Assembly (NCBI GenBank): GCA_963789265.1
Contig: CAWBKB010000004.1
Location: 64,001-128,000 of the forward strand
Direction: 5' to 3'
Origin: an uncultured delta proteobacterium
Lineage (GTDB): Bacteria > Desulfobacterota > Desulfomonilia > Desulfomonilales > Desulfomonilaceae
DNA: 64,000 nucleotides
The position numbers and the translations under genes are program-made. Positions 21,123-31,429 of the stretch are shown one piece after another; position 1 is the stretch's first letter; the number at the start of each line of letters is the position of its first letter. The notes under the pieces were generated by a model. That model saw only the letters and a program-made list of their open reading frames with translations. It ran no database searches and was not told the origin of the DNA.

Positions 21123-21650
21123 TCAATATTCTATGCCCTTGAGCGCTCTGATTCCATGATCGAAATGGTGCTTTACGTTCACCATTTCAAGAACTTCGTC
21201 GGCCAGGGCACAGATGTCGGGATGGGCATCCCTACCCGTCAAAGCAAGGATCAAATGTTTGGGCTTGATTGCGATGAGACCAAGTACAGCCTCGACTTTG
21301 ACCAGGTTGAATCGGACGGCTACATTGATCTCATCTAGAATGACAACGTGGTACTCGCCCCCCGCAATAGCTGAACGTGCCTTTGCCAAAGCGTTTTCGG
21401 CCATTAAACGATCGGTTTGATTGGTTTGCTTGCCGCGAATGAATCCCTTCCTTCCCATGGGTTTTATGACAAAGGCATTTCCCAGCCTTTTTGCCGCAAA
21501 GTGTTCCCCTGAGCTGTCAGCGGCCTTTAAGAACTGGATCATGTAGACATTCATGCCTCTGGCGACAGCTTGTAGACCCAAGCCTAAGGCACGAGTGGTC
21601 TTTCCTTTGCCCGATCCTGTGAACACCAAGACGCGGCCTTTTTCGTCCAT
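21123..21650 (-). CDS. cobO: Cob(I)yrinic acid a,c-diamide adenosyltransferase
   Basis: FTGSGKGKTT.A.G, IQFLK, ILDEIN, LTGR.A, KHHF..G..A.KGIEY motifs. Confidence 0.92.
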   Translation of the reverse strand: MDEKGRVLVFTGSGKGKTTRALGLGLQAVARGMNVYMIQFLKAADSSGEHFAAKRLGNAFVIKPMGRKGFIRGKQTNQTDRLMAENALAKARSAIAGGEYHVVILDEINVAVRFNLVKVEAVLGLIAIKPKHLILALTGRDAHPDICALADEVLEMVNVKHHFDHGIRALKGIEY

Positions 21651-21823
21651 GAGCCTTACCTTGAACAAGAACAATCGGACCAAAGCCAATGCAGCGCGCG
21701 CGGCGGCAACGGCATCGGATCGAACTCCGCACAGTGCTTGATCCTCTGTTGTGGGACCGGAAAAGGTCTCACACCATCGCGATTTCAAGCCAGTGGCGCC
21801 ATGTTTTTGGTGGGGACAGTTTG

Positions 21824-21925
21824 GTAGGGGCGGGTTTCAAACCCGCCCCCACATCGTGTCCTGCTCAAGCGGGGAGCTATACCGGCGAATAGCATTGGCC
21901 CCGGGCGACCGCCGGTCGCCCCTAC
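21824..21925. repeat. GTAG-type REP doublet (REPIN-like)
   Basis: gtaggggcgggtttcaaacccgcccccac and inverted gggcgaccgccggtcgcccctac. Confidence 0.75.
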
Positions 21926-21935
21926 TCATTTAATC

Positions 21936-23102
21936 CTATTTAACCAGCTTCCATTTGCCGTCCTGAATCCGAACCATGATCATGGAGTTGGTATCCAGCC
22001 CGTTGTGATCTTCAGGGGTCAAGTTGTAAATGCCGCTTATACCGACATAATTCTTTGTATGCTCGATGGCTTCGCGCAGTTTTTCCGGGTTCGTTCCCGC
22101 CTTTTTCATGGCGTTGGCCACGATGTAGATGGCATCCCAGGCGTAGCCGGAATGGGTATTGATCGGATAATCTTTGTTGTAGTGATACACATCGTTATAC
22201 AGGTGAACAAACTCCTTTATGACCTTTTTTTGCGGATCGCTGTCAGGTAGTTGCTCCCATGCCATCAATTTGGTTGCCGGCATCATGTTGCCTTCAGAGG
22301 CAGTCCCGGCCAGCTCGATATAGTTCGGGCCGGGCTGGCCGTGGCATTGAAACAAGGGGGTTTTTATATTCAGTTGTTTAATATTCTTGGCCACAATCGG
22401 TCCGGCAGGACCGATTGTCCAACACACGATTGCGTCGGGGTTTGCGGCCGTGATTTTTGTCAACTGTGAGGTCATATCAGTATCTTTGGGATTGAAGGAT
22501 TCGTCGACTACTATCGTCAGCCCATGTTTGGGAGCCAATTTGTGTAACCAACCCTTTCCGTCCTTGCCAAAGCCGTCGGAAGCCGTGATCAGGGCAATCT
22601 TCTTCAAGTTTTTCTTCTGCATGTACTCATAGAGCTTCTCAACCGCGGTGGAACTTCGCTGCGGAGATTTGAAAACCCATTTGAACGTTCCCAAATGGCC
22701 TCCTCCCATGATGACCGGATCCCCACCCACGGTCATAAACGTGGGTATGCCTGCCTCTTCGACCTGTTTTTTTACGGCCATGCCGAGGTCAGTTGTGTCC
22801 GGGCCTATGATCGCGGCTACTTTATCCACATTGATGAACTTCTTGACAACCATCACCGCTTTGGTAGGCTCAGATTCAGTGTCTCCCAAGATCAACTCTA
22901 TAGGCCGGCCGTTGATACCGCCTTCTTTGTTGATCTTGTCCACCACCATCTTGGTAACCAGTTTTGTGGGGATACCAATGACGGCCGCAGGACCCGACAG
23001 TGAAAAGAAGGCTCCGATTTTAATGGGCTTAGCCGCTTGCACGGCAGTCACTCCCAAAACAAATAATGCCGCCAGCAGGAATACTCCTAATCTCTTCATC
23101 AT
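21936..23102 (-). CDS. Branched-chain amino acid-type ABC substrate-binding protein
   Basis: Signal peptide, IKIGA..SLSGPAA.IG, INKEGGINGRPIEL periplasmic binding fold. Confidence 0.9.
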   Translation of the reverse strand: MMKRLGVFLLAALFVLGVTAVQAAKPIKIGAFFSLSGPAAVIGIPTKLVTKMVVDKINKEGGINGRPIELILGDTESEPTKAVMVVKKFINVDKVAAIIGPDTTDLGMAVKKQVEEAGIPTFMTVGGDPVIMGGGHLGTFKWVFKSPQRSSTAVEKLYEYMQKKNLKKIALITASDGFGKDGKGWLHKLAPKHGLTIVVDESFNPKDTDMTSQLTKITAANPDAIVCWTIGPAGPIVAKNIKQLNIKTPLFQCHGQPGPNYIELAGTASEGNMMPATKLMAWEQLPDSDPQKKVIKEFVHLYNDVYHYNKDYPINTHSGYAWDAIYIVANAMKKAGTNPEKLREAIEHTKNYVGISGIYNLTPEDHNGLDTNSMIMVRIQDGKWKLVK

Positions 23103-23264
23103 GCTCTCCTTCAATCCCCTTCCTACTTCTCGTAGGGTATAATAGTGCTGTTAGAATTCCCGGAATGCCAAAAAGGTTGCCCGACGCCTCCCGACGTCCC
23201 AAGCCCGGAACAGGTCAAGACTTACCGCGCTCCCGATAATCGCTATGGCCTCTGCTCACCTCCT

Positions 23265-24011
23265 TTACGTAAGTTTGAGAGTCGGAGTCTCCGTCACCTC
23301 CTGACCCAAAAAGGCTCTCCTCACCTCAGTATCTTGCATCAGCTCCTCGGCCGGGCCGCTGGCAGTGACTGTTCCGTTCACAAGCACATAGGCCCGCTGA
23401 GAAATGGTTAGCGCCGCCAAGGCATTCTGCTCCACCAGGAGTATGGTGCGGCCTTCGCGGCGGAACTCCTGAATAATGCGGAATATCTCTCGGACAATCA
23501 AGGGCGCGAGCCCTAGCGAGGGCTCGTCCAACAACAGTAGGCGAGGGTTGGACATCAGTCCTCGCCCCATGGCAACCATCTGTTGTTCACCACCCGATAG
23601 AGTTCCTGCTCGTTGTTTACGACGAGCTTTCAGGGGGGGGAAGAGTTGGAAAATCCGGTCCATTTCCGATATGAGACGTTTCTTGGTCATTTCCCGGGAG
23701 CGCAAATAAGCGCCCATTTCAAGATTTTCCTCGACCGTGAGCGGCCCGAACAGTTGTCGGTTTTCAGGCACGTGGACAATACCCAGGCGCACCATTTTTT
23801 GTGAGGAGGCACGGGAAACATTCTCTCCCATGAAAACCACGTTGCCGTTTCGGGCCGGATGAATACCCGAGAGGCAATTCAGCAGTGTAGTCTTGCCCGC
23901 GCCGTTAGCCCCTATCAAGCAGACAATCTCCCCTTGCTTTACCTCCAACGAGATTCCTTTCAACGCGCAATTGCCGCCATAGTAAGCCTCCAGGTTTTCC
24001 ACATGCAACAT
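23265..24011 (-). CDS. livF: ABC ATP-binding protein, LivF-like
   Basis: GANGAGKTT, LSGGEQQM, LLDEPSLGLAP. Confidence 0.9.
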   Translation of the reverse strand: MLHVENLEAYYGGNCALKGISLEVKQGEIVCLIGANGAGKTTLLNCLSGIHPARNGNVVFMGENVSRASSQKMVRLGIVHVPENRQLFGPLTVEENLEMGAYLRSREMTKKRLISEMDRIFQLFPPLKARRKQRAGTLSGGEQQMVAMGRGLMSNPRLLLLDEPSLGLAPLIVREIFRIIQEFRREGRTILLVEQNALAALTISQRAYVLVNGTVTASGPAEELMQDTEVRRAFLGQEVTETPTLKLT

Positions 24012-25837
24012 TTAAACTACTCCGCCAAGATATGCAGCCAGCACCTTTTCGTCCCTTTGTATGTCTTCGGGGTGTCCTTCAGCAATTTTCCTGCCGTAAT
24101 TGAGAACTACAACCTTGTCTGAAATCCCCATTACCAGGTTCATGTCATGCTCCACGAGAAGAACGGAGATGCCACGGGATCGGATCTCTCTGATCTTCGC
24201 GGCCATTTCCCGAGTCTCAGCCATATTGAGGCCCGCCACCGGCTCATCCAGCAAGACAACAGTTGGCAACGGAGCAATGGCTCTGGCCATTTCAACACGC
24301 TTCTGTTCGCCATAAGAAAGGCTCGACGCGGGCCAAAGCCCTTTTTCCCCGAGGTCGAAAAAACTTAAGATCTCCCAAGCCCTGCGCTCGATCTCCTTTT
24401 CCTCCTTTTGGAAGCCGGGCAGGTGAAACAGACAGGATACAAATTCATTTTTGGTTTTGGCATGCAGGCCAACCATCACATTTTCCAGCACGGTCATATT
24501 TTCGAATATCTGGAGATTCTGAAACGTTCGGTTCAACCCTATGGAAGCTAGCTGATAAGATGGTCTGCCGCTGATCTCTCGGTCCTCAAAGAAAACTTTG
24601 CCGCTCCGGACCCGCTCTGCCCCCGAAATAACGTTAATAAGAGTCGTTTTGCCCGCACCGTTAGGTCCGATCAAGGCTGTAATCGAGCCTTTGGGCATTT
24701 CGAAGGAGACTTGGCCGAGGGCCATCAATCCCCCGAAGCTCACGGTGACTTTATCAACTCTCAAGACGGCCCGATTCTTTAATCCCGATACTGCCCCTCC
24801 ACTTTCGGAAGCAAATCCGGAAAGGTTGCGGTCCGCATCGACCTCAAGTAATTGACCGCCGCCGGCTATTTCGCTTCTCGCTGGTGATCTTCTCGAACGC
24901 CATCGGTCTTGAAAGGCTACGAGCAATCCTTCAGGAAGAAAAATCAAAATTAACACGAGGGTTAACCCATAAAACACGTCTTTGTATTCATCAAAGAAAT
25001 GTAGGACAAGAGGCAACGGAGTCAAAAAGACGGTCCCCGAGACAGCGCCCCAGATACTCCCCATTCCGCCGATGATGACCATGGTCACCAGTTCTATCGA
25101 AAAGAAAATGTCAAATGTTTTTGGACTGATGAAGGTCAGATAATGAGCGTATAAACTCCCGGCAACCGAGGCATAAAGGGCGCTCAGGTACAAAGACCTC
25201 GACCTTGTACCTCTCCGTCCGCACACCAACCGACGCGGCCGCCACTTCACTATCGTGCAACGCCCTCAATCCTCTTCCCACCCGTGAGTTCACAAGGTTT
25301 AGGGCCAGAAACAATCGAGACAAAAGCAAAGAACCAAATGAGGTAGTACATCTTCCGATCGGAATCCAGCGCCCAGGAACCAATTGTGAGACTGGGAATA
25401 CCGGGAAAACCCGAAGGGCCGCCAGTCATGTCTTCCCACTCGATCAGGACAATATTGACGATCAAGTTGAAGCCGAGTGTGGCCATGACCAGGTAGTGCC
25501 CGCGCAGCTTCAGAGTCGGGATGCCTATGATTAACGCGAGCAAGCCGGTCGCTACCAGAGCGATGGGCATGGCCGACCAGGGAGACAGGCCGTATGTTAC
25601 GGTGAGAATGCCGGAAAGATACGCGCCAAGACCATAAAAAGCGGCATGTCCCAGCGAGATCTGACCCGCATATCCGATCAGCAGGCTTAGGCCGACCACC
25701 ACTATTGTGTTCAGGCCGACGATATTTATCACATTTAAATAATAAGGATTGGGAATCAGGAAAGGGATAACGATGATTACCAGTGCGGGCGTTACAAAGC
25801 CCAGATAGGGTTTGATCTTCAACAGGCCTTGCGCCAT
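24012..25837 (-). CDS. LivM permease-LivG ATPase fusion (frameshifts near 25310 and 25205)
   Basis: GYAGQISLGHAAFYG and SRVGRGLRA permease parts in three frames, then GPNGAGKTT / LSYGEQKR / LLDEP ATPase domain. Confidence 0.82.
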
Positions 25838-25846
25838 ATACTTATC

Positions 25847-26031
25847 CCAATGCGCTTTCGAGCAAGTGATACGTGGTTTTAGTGGGGCAGGCATCTTGCC
25901 TGTCGTCATGCCCGCGTACGCTGGCATCCAGACTGGACCCCGGATCGGAGTCCGGGGCGACGAATGGCAGGCGCGATGCCTCCCCCACCACATCCTGTTT
26001 TAGGATTGTTACTTGTTTGATGGCGCATTGG
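25847..26031. mobile_element. MITE-like element with about 23-bp TIRs enclosing nested REP doublets
   Basis: ccaatgcgctttcgagcaagtga ... ttacttgtttgatggcgcattgg; inside, gtggggcaggcatcttgcctgtc/ggcaggcgcgatgcctcccccac surrounds a GTCA-type pair. Confidence 0.6.
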
Positions 26032-26195
26032 TATTATTCCAATGCGCCATCAAACAAGTAATCCCACCGCAGGCAGGACAGATGCCCTCGTGGGACGGAT
26101 GCACGAAGTCCATGCAGCCAAGCAACGTCGTGGCGTTCATACGCGGGAGTTTGGCCTCAAACCGCTCTAAATGTGACAGCAGGGAATTCATGGGA

Positions 26196-27080
26196 CTAAA
26201 TACGCTCCTTCTCTCCATAGCCTAATAGCCCGCTGGGTTTCATGAAGAGAACCAGAAGAAGCACCGCGAAGGCTATCACATCCTTGTAGGTGGAAGAGAC
26301 GAGCCCCGCGCCGAACGACTCCAGCAGCCCCAGCGTCAGCCCGCCTATGATAGCCCCTACGCTGTTTCCGTAACCCCCGAGAACCGCTGCAGCGAACCCC
26401 TTTAGGCCGAGTATCACGCCGATGTCATAGGACAGGGTGGTGATCGGAACTATGATGATTCCGGCCACTGCCCCAAGAGCACCGCTCAAGGCAAACGAAA
26501 GGAGGACCATTCGATTAACATTCACTCCCATAAGGGCTGCTGCCTTCGGGTTAAAGGACGCGGCTCTCATGGCTTTTCCTATTCTGCTCCTACCGAAGAA
26601 TAGGTGTAGCAAGATTACTACTATGATAGTAATGGCAAGGATCCAGAGGCTCTGAGGCAAAATCGCCGCCCGCAGGATCAGCAGCGGCGTATCCCCTGAA
26701 AAGGAGGGAAGGGCCATTTGATTCGTGCCCCATAGGATTTTGAAGACTGCACGCATCAGGATCGAAACACCAATAGTGATAAAAATGAGGATCAGGACAG
26801 CGCGAGATTTGGCCGGTCTTATGGCCAAACGTTCCACAAGCCCCCCCACCGCGGTTACAGACAGCACACCGAGGATAAAAGCCAAAGGCATGGGTAGATG
26901 CATCCGCAGGAGAAAGGTGTACATCATCAGACCGCCCAGGCTGACAAAATCTACTTGAGTAAAGTTAACGATCCCGATGGCATTGTGAATAATGCAAAAG
27001 CCGAGGGCTATCAGCGCGTAGATGCTCCCTGTGGTAAGACCGGCAACGACGAACTGCGTGAGCTCATGCTCCGTAGACAT
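26196..27080 (-). CDS. livH: ABC permease, LivH-like
   Basis: GSIYALIALGF, GKAMRA, GLKGFAAAVLGG motifs. Confidence 0.9.
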   Translation of the reverse strand: MSTEHELTQFVVAGLTTGSIYALIALGFCIIHNAIGIVNFTQVDFVSLGGLMMYTFLLRMHLPMPLAFILGVLSVTAVGGLVERLAIRPAKSRAVLILIFITIGVSILMRAVFKILWGTNQMALPSFSGDTPLLILRAAILPQSLWILAITIIVVILLHLFFGRSRIGKAMRAASFNPKAAALMGVNVNRMVLLSFALSGALGAVAGIIIVPITTLSYDIGVILGLKGFAAAVLGGYGNSVGAIIGGLTLGLLESFGAGLVSSTYKDVIAFAVLLLVLFMKPSGLLGYGEKERI

Positions 27081-27512
27081 GATGTCCTTTCCATGCTCCG
27101 CAAGAAATGATTGCAAGACCGGGATTCATCTTCTTGCGGACGTGACGAGCAAACGGCCGGGTACAGGAAGAGCCTGCTTTCAACAGTTAGGGGGCATCCC
27201 GCGAAACTGTGCCCTCACAAATCCAATGGCCTGAATAGCCCCTTGGTTGGAGGTTTTCAACTCGTTCCGGCTCTGCATAGAAGTGTTAAAGCATTTCCTC
27301 ACTAACCGTTCGTGAGAAAACTGTCAAGGAGAAGGTGAACCGAGTGGTAACCACTCTCTCACGTGGGGGCAGTCCTTCCCAGACTGTTGCAAAACCCTTG
27401 AGCCGGACAAAATCATAACGCGAATGCCCCCGTTCCCGGCAATCCCACTCGGAACGCGGGACTGCCCGCCATCCGCCCTCTCGGTTCTCCACATACGCAG
27501 GCATTACGAAAT

Positions 27513-27541
27513 GTAGGGGCGGGTTTCAAACCTGCCCCTAC
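27513..27541. repeat. GTAG-type REP palindrome
   Basis: gtaggggcgggtttcaaacctgcccctac, near-identical to 21824-21852. Confidence 0.75.
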
Positions 27542-27579
27542 CGGAAACACCGTGTCACTTGTTTTACGACACATTGAAG

Positions 27580-28290
27580 TCAAACAGCCAGATATCGTTT
27601 CTTGATTTCCTCGTTCTTTTCCAGGTCAGCTATGGTCCCCTGGTATTTGATGTGACCGTTATCCACTATGTAAGCCCGATCCGAATGCTTCAGCGCAAAC
27701 TTCACATTCTGTTCGGAGAGGAGCACCGTCAACCCCTCCTGTTTAATCAGGTCGATAAATCGCCCCAACACCTTGACAATGATGGGGGCCAAACCCTCGG
27801 ATGGTTCGTCAAGAAGGATCAATCGGGGATTGCCCATGAGAGTACGAGCTATCGTGAGCATTTGCTGTTCTCCACCGCTCAAATTTCCCCCTCGGCGATT
27901 GGACAACTCCTTGAGCCGAGGGAACAGCTCGTATATACGGTCTACACTCCATCCCTCGCCTTTAGATTTTGATCTTCTCCGGCCGACATCCAGGTTGGCA
28001 TAAACTGTAAGATCAGGGAAAATTCGCCGGTCTTCGGGGACGAACCCTAATCCAAGCCGGGCTATTCTGTACGGCGGCTTTCCCGTAATCTCGCGGCCGC
28101 CGAACTTCACGGTCCCCTGTTTTGGCGGGGTGAGACCCATGATGCTGCGCATGGTGGTGGTCTTCCCTGCACCGTTTCTCCCCAGCAGAACCACCACCTC
28201 ACCTTGATCGACTTTGAGTGAGATGTCGAAGAGGATATGGCTCAACCCATAAAACGTGTTAATATTCTCAACTTCCAACAGCATGCTCAA
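27580..28290 (-). CDS. livF: ABC ATP-binding protein, LivF-like
   Basis: GRNGAGKTT, LSGGEQQML, LLDEPSEGLAP. Confidence 0.9.
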   Translation of the reverse strand: MSMLLEVENINTFYGLSHILFDISLKVDQGEVVVLLGRNGAGKTTTMRSIMGLTPPKQGTVKFGGREITGKPPYRIARLGLGFVPEDRRIFPDLTVYANLDVGRRRSKSKGEGWSVDRIYELFPRLKELSNRRGGNLSGGEQQMLTIARTLMGNPRLILLDEPSEGLAPIIVKVLGRFIDLIKQEGLTVLLSEQNVKFALKHSDRAYIVDNGHIKYQGTIADLEKNEEIKKRYLAV

Positions 28291-29042
28291 TCCTCTTCAC
28301 CTAGATATGCCTCGATCACCTGGGGATTGGACGAAATCTCCTCTGGTGTTCCTTCGGCCAGCAAAGATTTGTAACAGAGCACCCGCACTTTCTGCGAGAT
28401 TCCGAACACCATGTCCATATCGTGCTCGATAAATACCATAGTAATTTTCAGGCGCTCCCATAGCTGCTTGACCAATTCCACAGTTTGCCAGCGCTCTTCG
28501 GGACTCATTCCGGCCATGGGCTCGTCAAGAAGAAGAAGCTCCGGTTCCAAAGCAAGCGCCACAGCTATGTCGAGCCTTTTCTGGTTCCCGTGTGCCAGAG
28601 TGCCGCTTTGGCGGTCGGCCAGATCCGCAAGACCGACATCCTCCAGAACTCCGTATGCTCTCTCGTGCACAACTTTGAGCTTGCTCACGGCCGTAACCAG
28701 ATTTAAATTGCCGTTGTTCTTGGTGATGATGGTGGCGACCACATTTTCCACCACTGTCATTCTGGGAAAGATGTTGGTTATCTGAAAAGCCCGGGCCATT
28801 CCCAGCCTGACGATGTCGAAAGGCTGCATCCCCGAGATATCTTTATCATTGAATATGATGCGTCCCTTGTCCGGAACGTGGTACCCGGTTATCAGGTTGA
28901 ACAGGGTAGTTTTCCCTGCGCCGTTGGGCCCGATGATGGCGCTCAATTCACCTCGTGAGACGGCGAAATTCACGTCGCTAAAAATCTGGTTGCCCTCGAA
29001 CGATTTTGACAGATTTTCAATTCGCAGAATATGATCGGCCAT
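28287..29042 (-). CDS. livG: ABC ATP-binding protein, LivG-like
   Basis: GPNGAGKTTLFN, LLDEPMAG, IEHDM, V.EAYLG. Confidence 0.9.
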   Translation of the reverse strand: MADHILRIENLSKSFEGNQIFSDVNFAVSRGELSAIIGPNGAGKTTLFNLITGYHVPDKGRIIFNDKDISGMQPFDIVRLGMARAFQITNIFPRMTVVENVVATIITKNNGNLNLVTAVSKLKVVHERAYGVLEDVGLADLADRQSGTLAHGNQKRLDIAVALALEPELLLLDEPMAGMSPEERWQTVELVKQLWERLKITMVFIEHDMDMVFGISQKVRVLCYKSLLAEGTPEEISSNPQVIEAYLGEED

Positions 29043-29157
29043 CTCAGTTCTTACCGCCCATCAGTTCATAACAGTGCATTGTCGGATATACGCATTGTGC
29101 GATAAACTCAGCATGCTACGAGATTACTCGATTGAAAGCCCACTGCAATTTCTCGTT

Positions 29158-30126
29158 TCACGATTGTGATTTGCGGAACAGCCTTTCATACAGACCGACC
29201 ACTCCGCCTGGGGCGAAAAGCACGACAACCAGCAAGATTATACCCAGGACAATCGCCCACATCTCGACCATGATGCTGCTCGATTGCTGAAGAATAATCT
29301 TAAGGAACATCAGAATTGCCGACCCGATTGCCGGCCCTGCCAGGGAATACATTCCTCCCACAAGACCGGCCAGAATCGGCTCCGCGGACTTGCTCCAATG
29401 GAGGAAATCCACTTGAGCGAAGCGATTCAGCTCGGTCAACAAACCGCCGGCCAGTCCTGCAAAAGCGCCCGCGATTACAAAGTTTATCAACTGATAACGC
29501 CTGACATTTATTCCTATGAATTTGGCGCGTTCCATGTTCTCTCTTATGGTTCTAATGCTCAGCCCGAAGGAGGAATTCACTATCATTCTCATGATCATGA
29601 AACAGACAAGGAAAAGCACAAGACATAATAAATAATAATTCGGCGGACTTAGAATGTCGGGCCTGGGAATTCCGTGTATCCCGTCGTCTCCACCCGTAAA
29701 GGTGTACCACTCGAAAACTATCATGTACAAAAGCTGACCGAATGCCAGAGTGAGTATTGCGAAGTACAACCCCAAACGACGCACACAAAACCACCCGATA
29801 ATGGCCGCAACGAAAGCCGCCACAACAGGCGCTGCCGGCAGAGCCAGGTACAGAGGCCAACCGGCTTTTTTCATCAGCAGCGCCACGGTGTACGCGCCGA
29901 CGCCAAAGAAAGCCGCGTGGCCGAAACTGACCATTCCTCCAAAGCCGAGAATCAAATTCAAGCTCAGAGCGAACAACGCCATGATGATCATCTCGGTAGT
30001 GACCCAGATCCAGTATTCTCCAGTCTTGCCTAGCCGATTCAACACAAATGGCAGAACGAACAGAGCCACCGCCACGACAATCCCTGCGACCCAGTTCATC
30101 GTGTTGTTCGAGTGCGGCTTGTCCAT
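29158..30126 (-). CDS. livM: ABC permease, LivM-like
   Basis: GMVSFGHAAFFG, YFAILTLAF, TGGDDG, SSFG..IREN motifs. Confidence 0.9.
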   Translation of the reverse strand: MDKPHSNNTMNWVAGIVVAVALFVLPFVLNRLGKTGEYWIWVTTEMIIMALFALSLNLILGFGGMVSFGHAAFFGVGAYTVALLMKKAGWPLYLALPAAPVVAAFVAAIIGWFCVRRLGLYFAILTLAFGQLLYMIVFEWYTFTGGDDGIHGIPRPDILSPPNYYLLCLVLFLVCFMIMRMIVNSSFGLSIRTIRENMERAKFIGINVRRYQLINFVIAGAFAGLAGGLLTELNRFAQVDFLHWSKSAEPILAGLVGGMYSLAGPAIGSAILMFLKIILQQSSSIMVEMWAIVLGIILLVVVLFAPGGVVGLYERLFRKSQS

Positions 30127-30148
30127 TGACGGCTTTTCCTCTCGATTT

Positions 30149-31033
30149 CTATCGTTCCGGTTTTCCAAAGAAGCCCCACGGCCGCACGACGAGCACCAGG
30201 GCCATGAGGGCATAGGGAAAGACCAGAGCCCATCGGCCGATAGAGAGTTGCAAGAATGTGGTCCCCGTACCAATGATCAGGGACCCCAACAATGCTCCGC
30301 CCACACTTCCCAGGCCTCCGATGACCACCACTGCGAAGCATTCGATGATCTTTTCCATTCCAATACCAAGGTCGATGCTGGCGAGTGCCGCGGTCAGCAC
30401 CCCGCCAAGGCCGGCTAACCAGCATCCCAGCATGAAGGTGGAAGTCATCACCCAAGAAACATTGACCCCCAGGGCCCCCAAAGTGTCCGGATAAGACACA
30501 GCGGCCCGGATCACATTTCCGGACCGTGTTCGATACAGAAGAAACCACAATCCCAGTGCAATTGCCGGCCCTATCATCAGTATAAATAGATTATACGTCG
30601 GCAAAGACAGCCCAAAAACACTCACGGATCCAGCCAGAATATCGGGCCGCGTAACATTTCTCGGCTCTCCGCCCCATATCACTCGCACCAGGTCGTCCAG
30701 TATCAGAACCAGGGCATACGTGAGCAGCAACTGGAGCAGGTGCTCCTTGCCGTAAACACGACGGAATAGCGTGACCTCCAGCAAGAGTCCTATCACGGCC
30801 AACACAGGGGGAACGACCAGTAGCAATATCAGAAAGCTAAATATGGTGCCGCCGGTCATTAGCGTGGACAATGAAAATGCGACGAACGCGCCGATCATGT
30901 AAAGAGATCCATGGGCAAAATTGATCACTCTGAGCACGCCGAACACCAGAGAGAGCCCGGATGCGATGATAAACAGGAGCATCCCCTGGCACAGGCCGTT
31001 GATCAGCATGAATATGATCATTTCAATGGTCAT
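30149..31033 (-). CDS. livH: ABC permease, LivH-like
   Basis: GLSLVFGVLRVINFAHG, FAVVVIGGLGS, RPWGFFG. Confidence 0.9.
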   Translation of the reverse strand: MTIEMIIFMLINGLCQGMLLFIIASGLSLVFGVLRVINFAHGSLYMIGAFVAFSLSTLMTGGTIFSFLILLLVVPPVLAVIGLLLEVTLFRRVYGKEHLLQLLLTYALVLILDDLVRVIWGGEPRNVTRPDILAGSVSVFGLSLPTYNLFILMIGPAIALGLWFLLYRTRSGNVIRAAVSYPDTLGALGVNVSWVMTSTFMLGCWLAGLGGVLTAALASIDLGIGMEKIIECFAVVVIGGLGSVGGALLGSLIIGTGTTFLQLSIGRWALVFPYALMALVLVVRPWGFFGKPER

Positions 31034-31102
31034 GGTCTATTGTCCCCACAGATCTCGTTTCAACATTTTGCCGTGCTGCGCGCAAAATCCTAACCCAGGG
31101 CC

Positions 31103-31288
31103 CATTGGAGCAAACTTAAGAGCATTTCGTTACCTCTGAAGAGCTCCAACGGGCCAAGGGCCATCAAAGTCTCCCTTTTTTAAAGGGGGCTTTAGGGGGA
31201 TTTTCAATGGGTTAGCTCAAAATCCCCCCTAGCGCCCTTTACGAAAGGGGGGAATTCAGCGTTCCGCGGGGCTAAGTTAGCTCCTATG
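31103..31288. mobile_element. MITE with CAT...ATG ends and 11-bp target duplication, carrying a CCCCCTTT/AAAGGGGG REP pair
   Basis: Ends cattggagcaaacttaag / ctaagttagctcctatg; flanks aacccagggcc (31092-31102) and aacccagagcc (31289-31299). Confidence 0.75.
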
Positions 31289-31429
31289 AACCCAGAGCCG
31301 GGCAGCGGGAGTCAGGTAGCATTGCTCCCCTCGGGCCGGGTAGGAACGAGGAAAAATAACAGACAGTCACTTGGAGCAGAGTCCCGCCGCCCAAGAGCTT
31401 CGGCGCGGTAACCAACGAGGAACGCCAGG

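Noticed and set aside
27120..27500. Cobalamin or other riboswitch upstream of the operon leading to cobO
   Set aside because: No recognisable B12-box or core motif.
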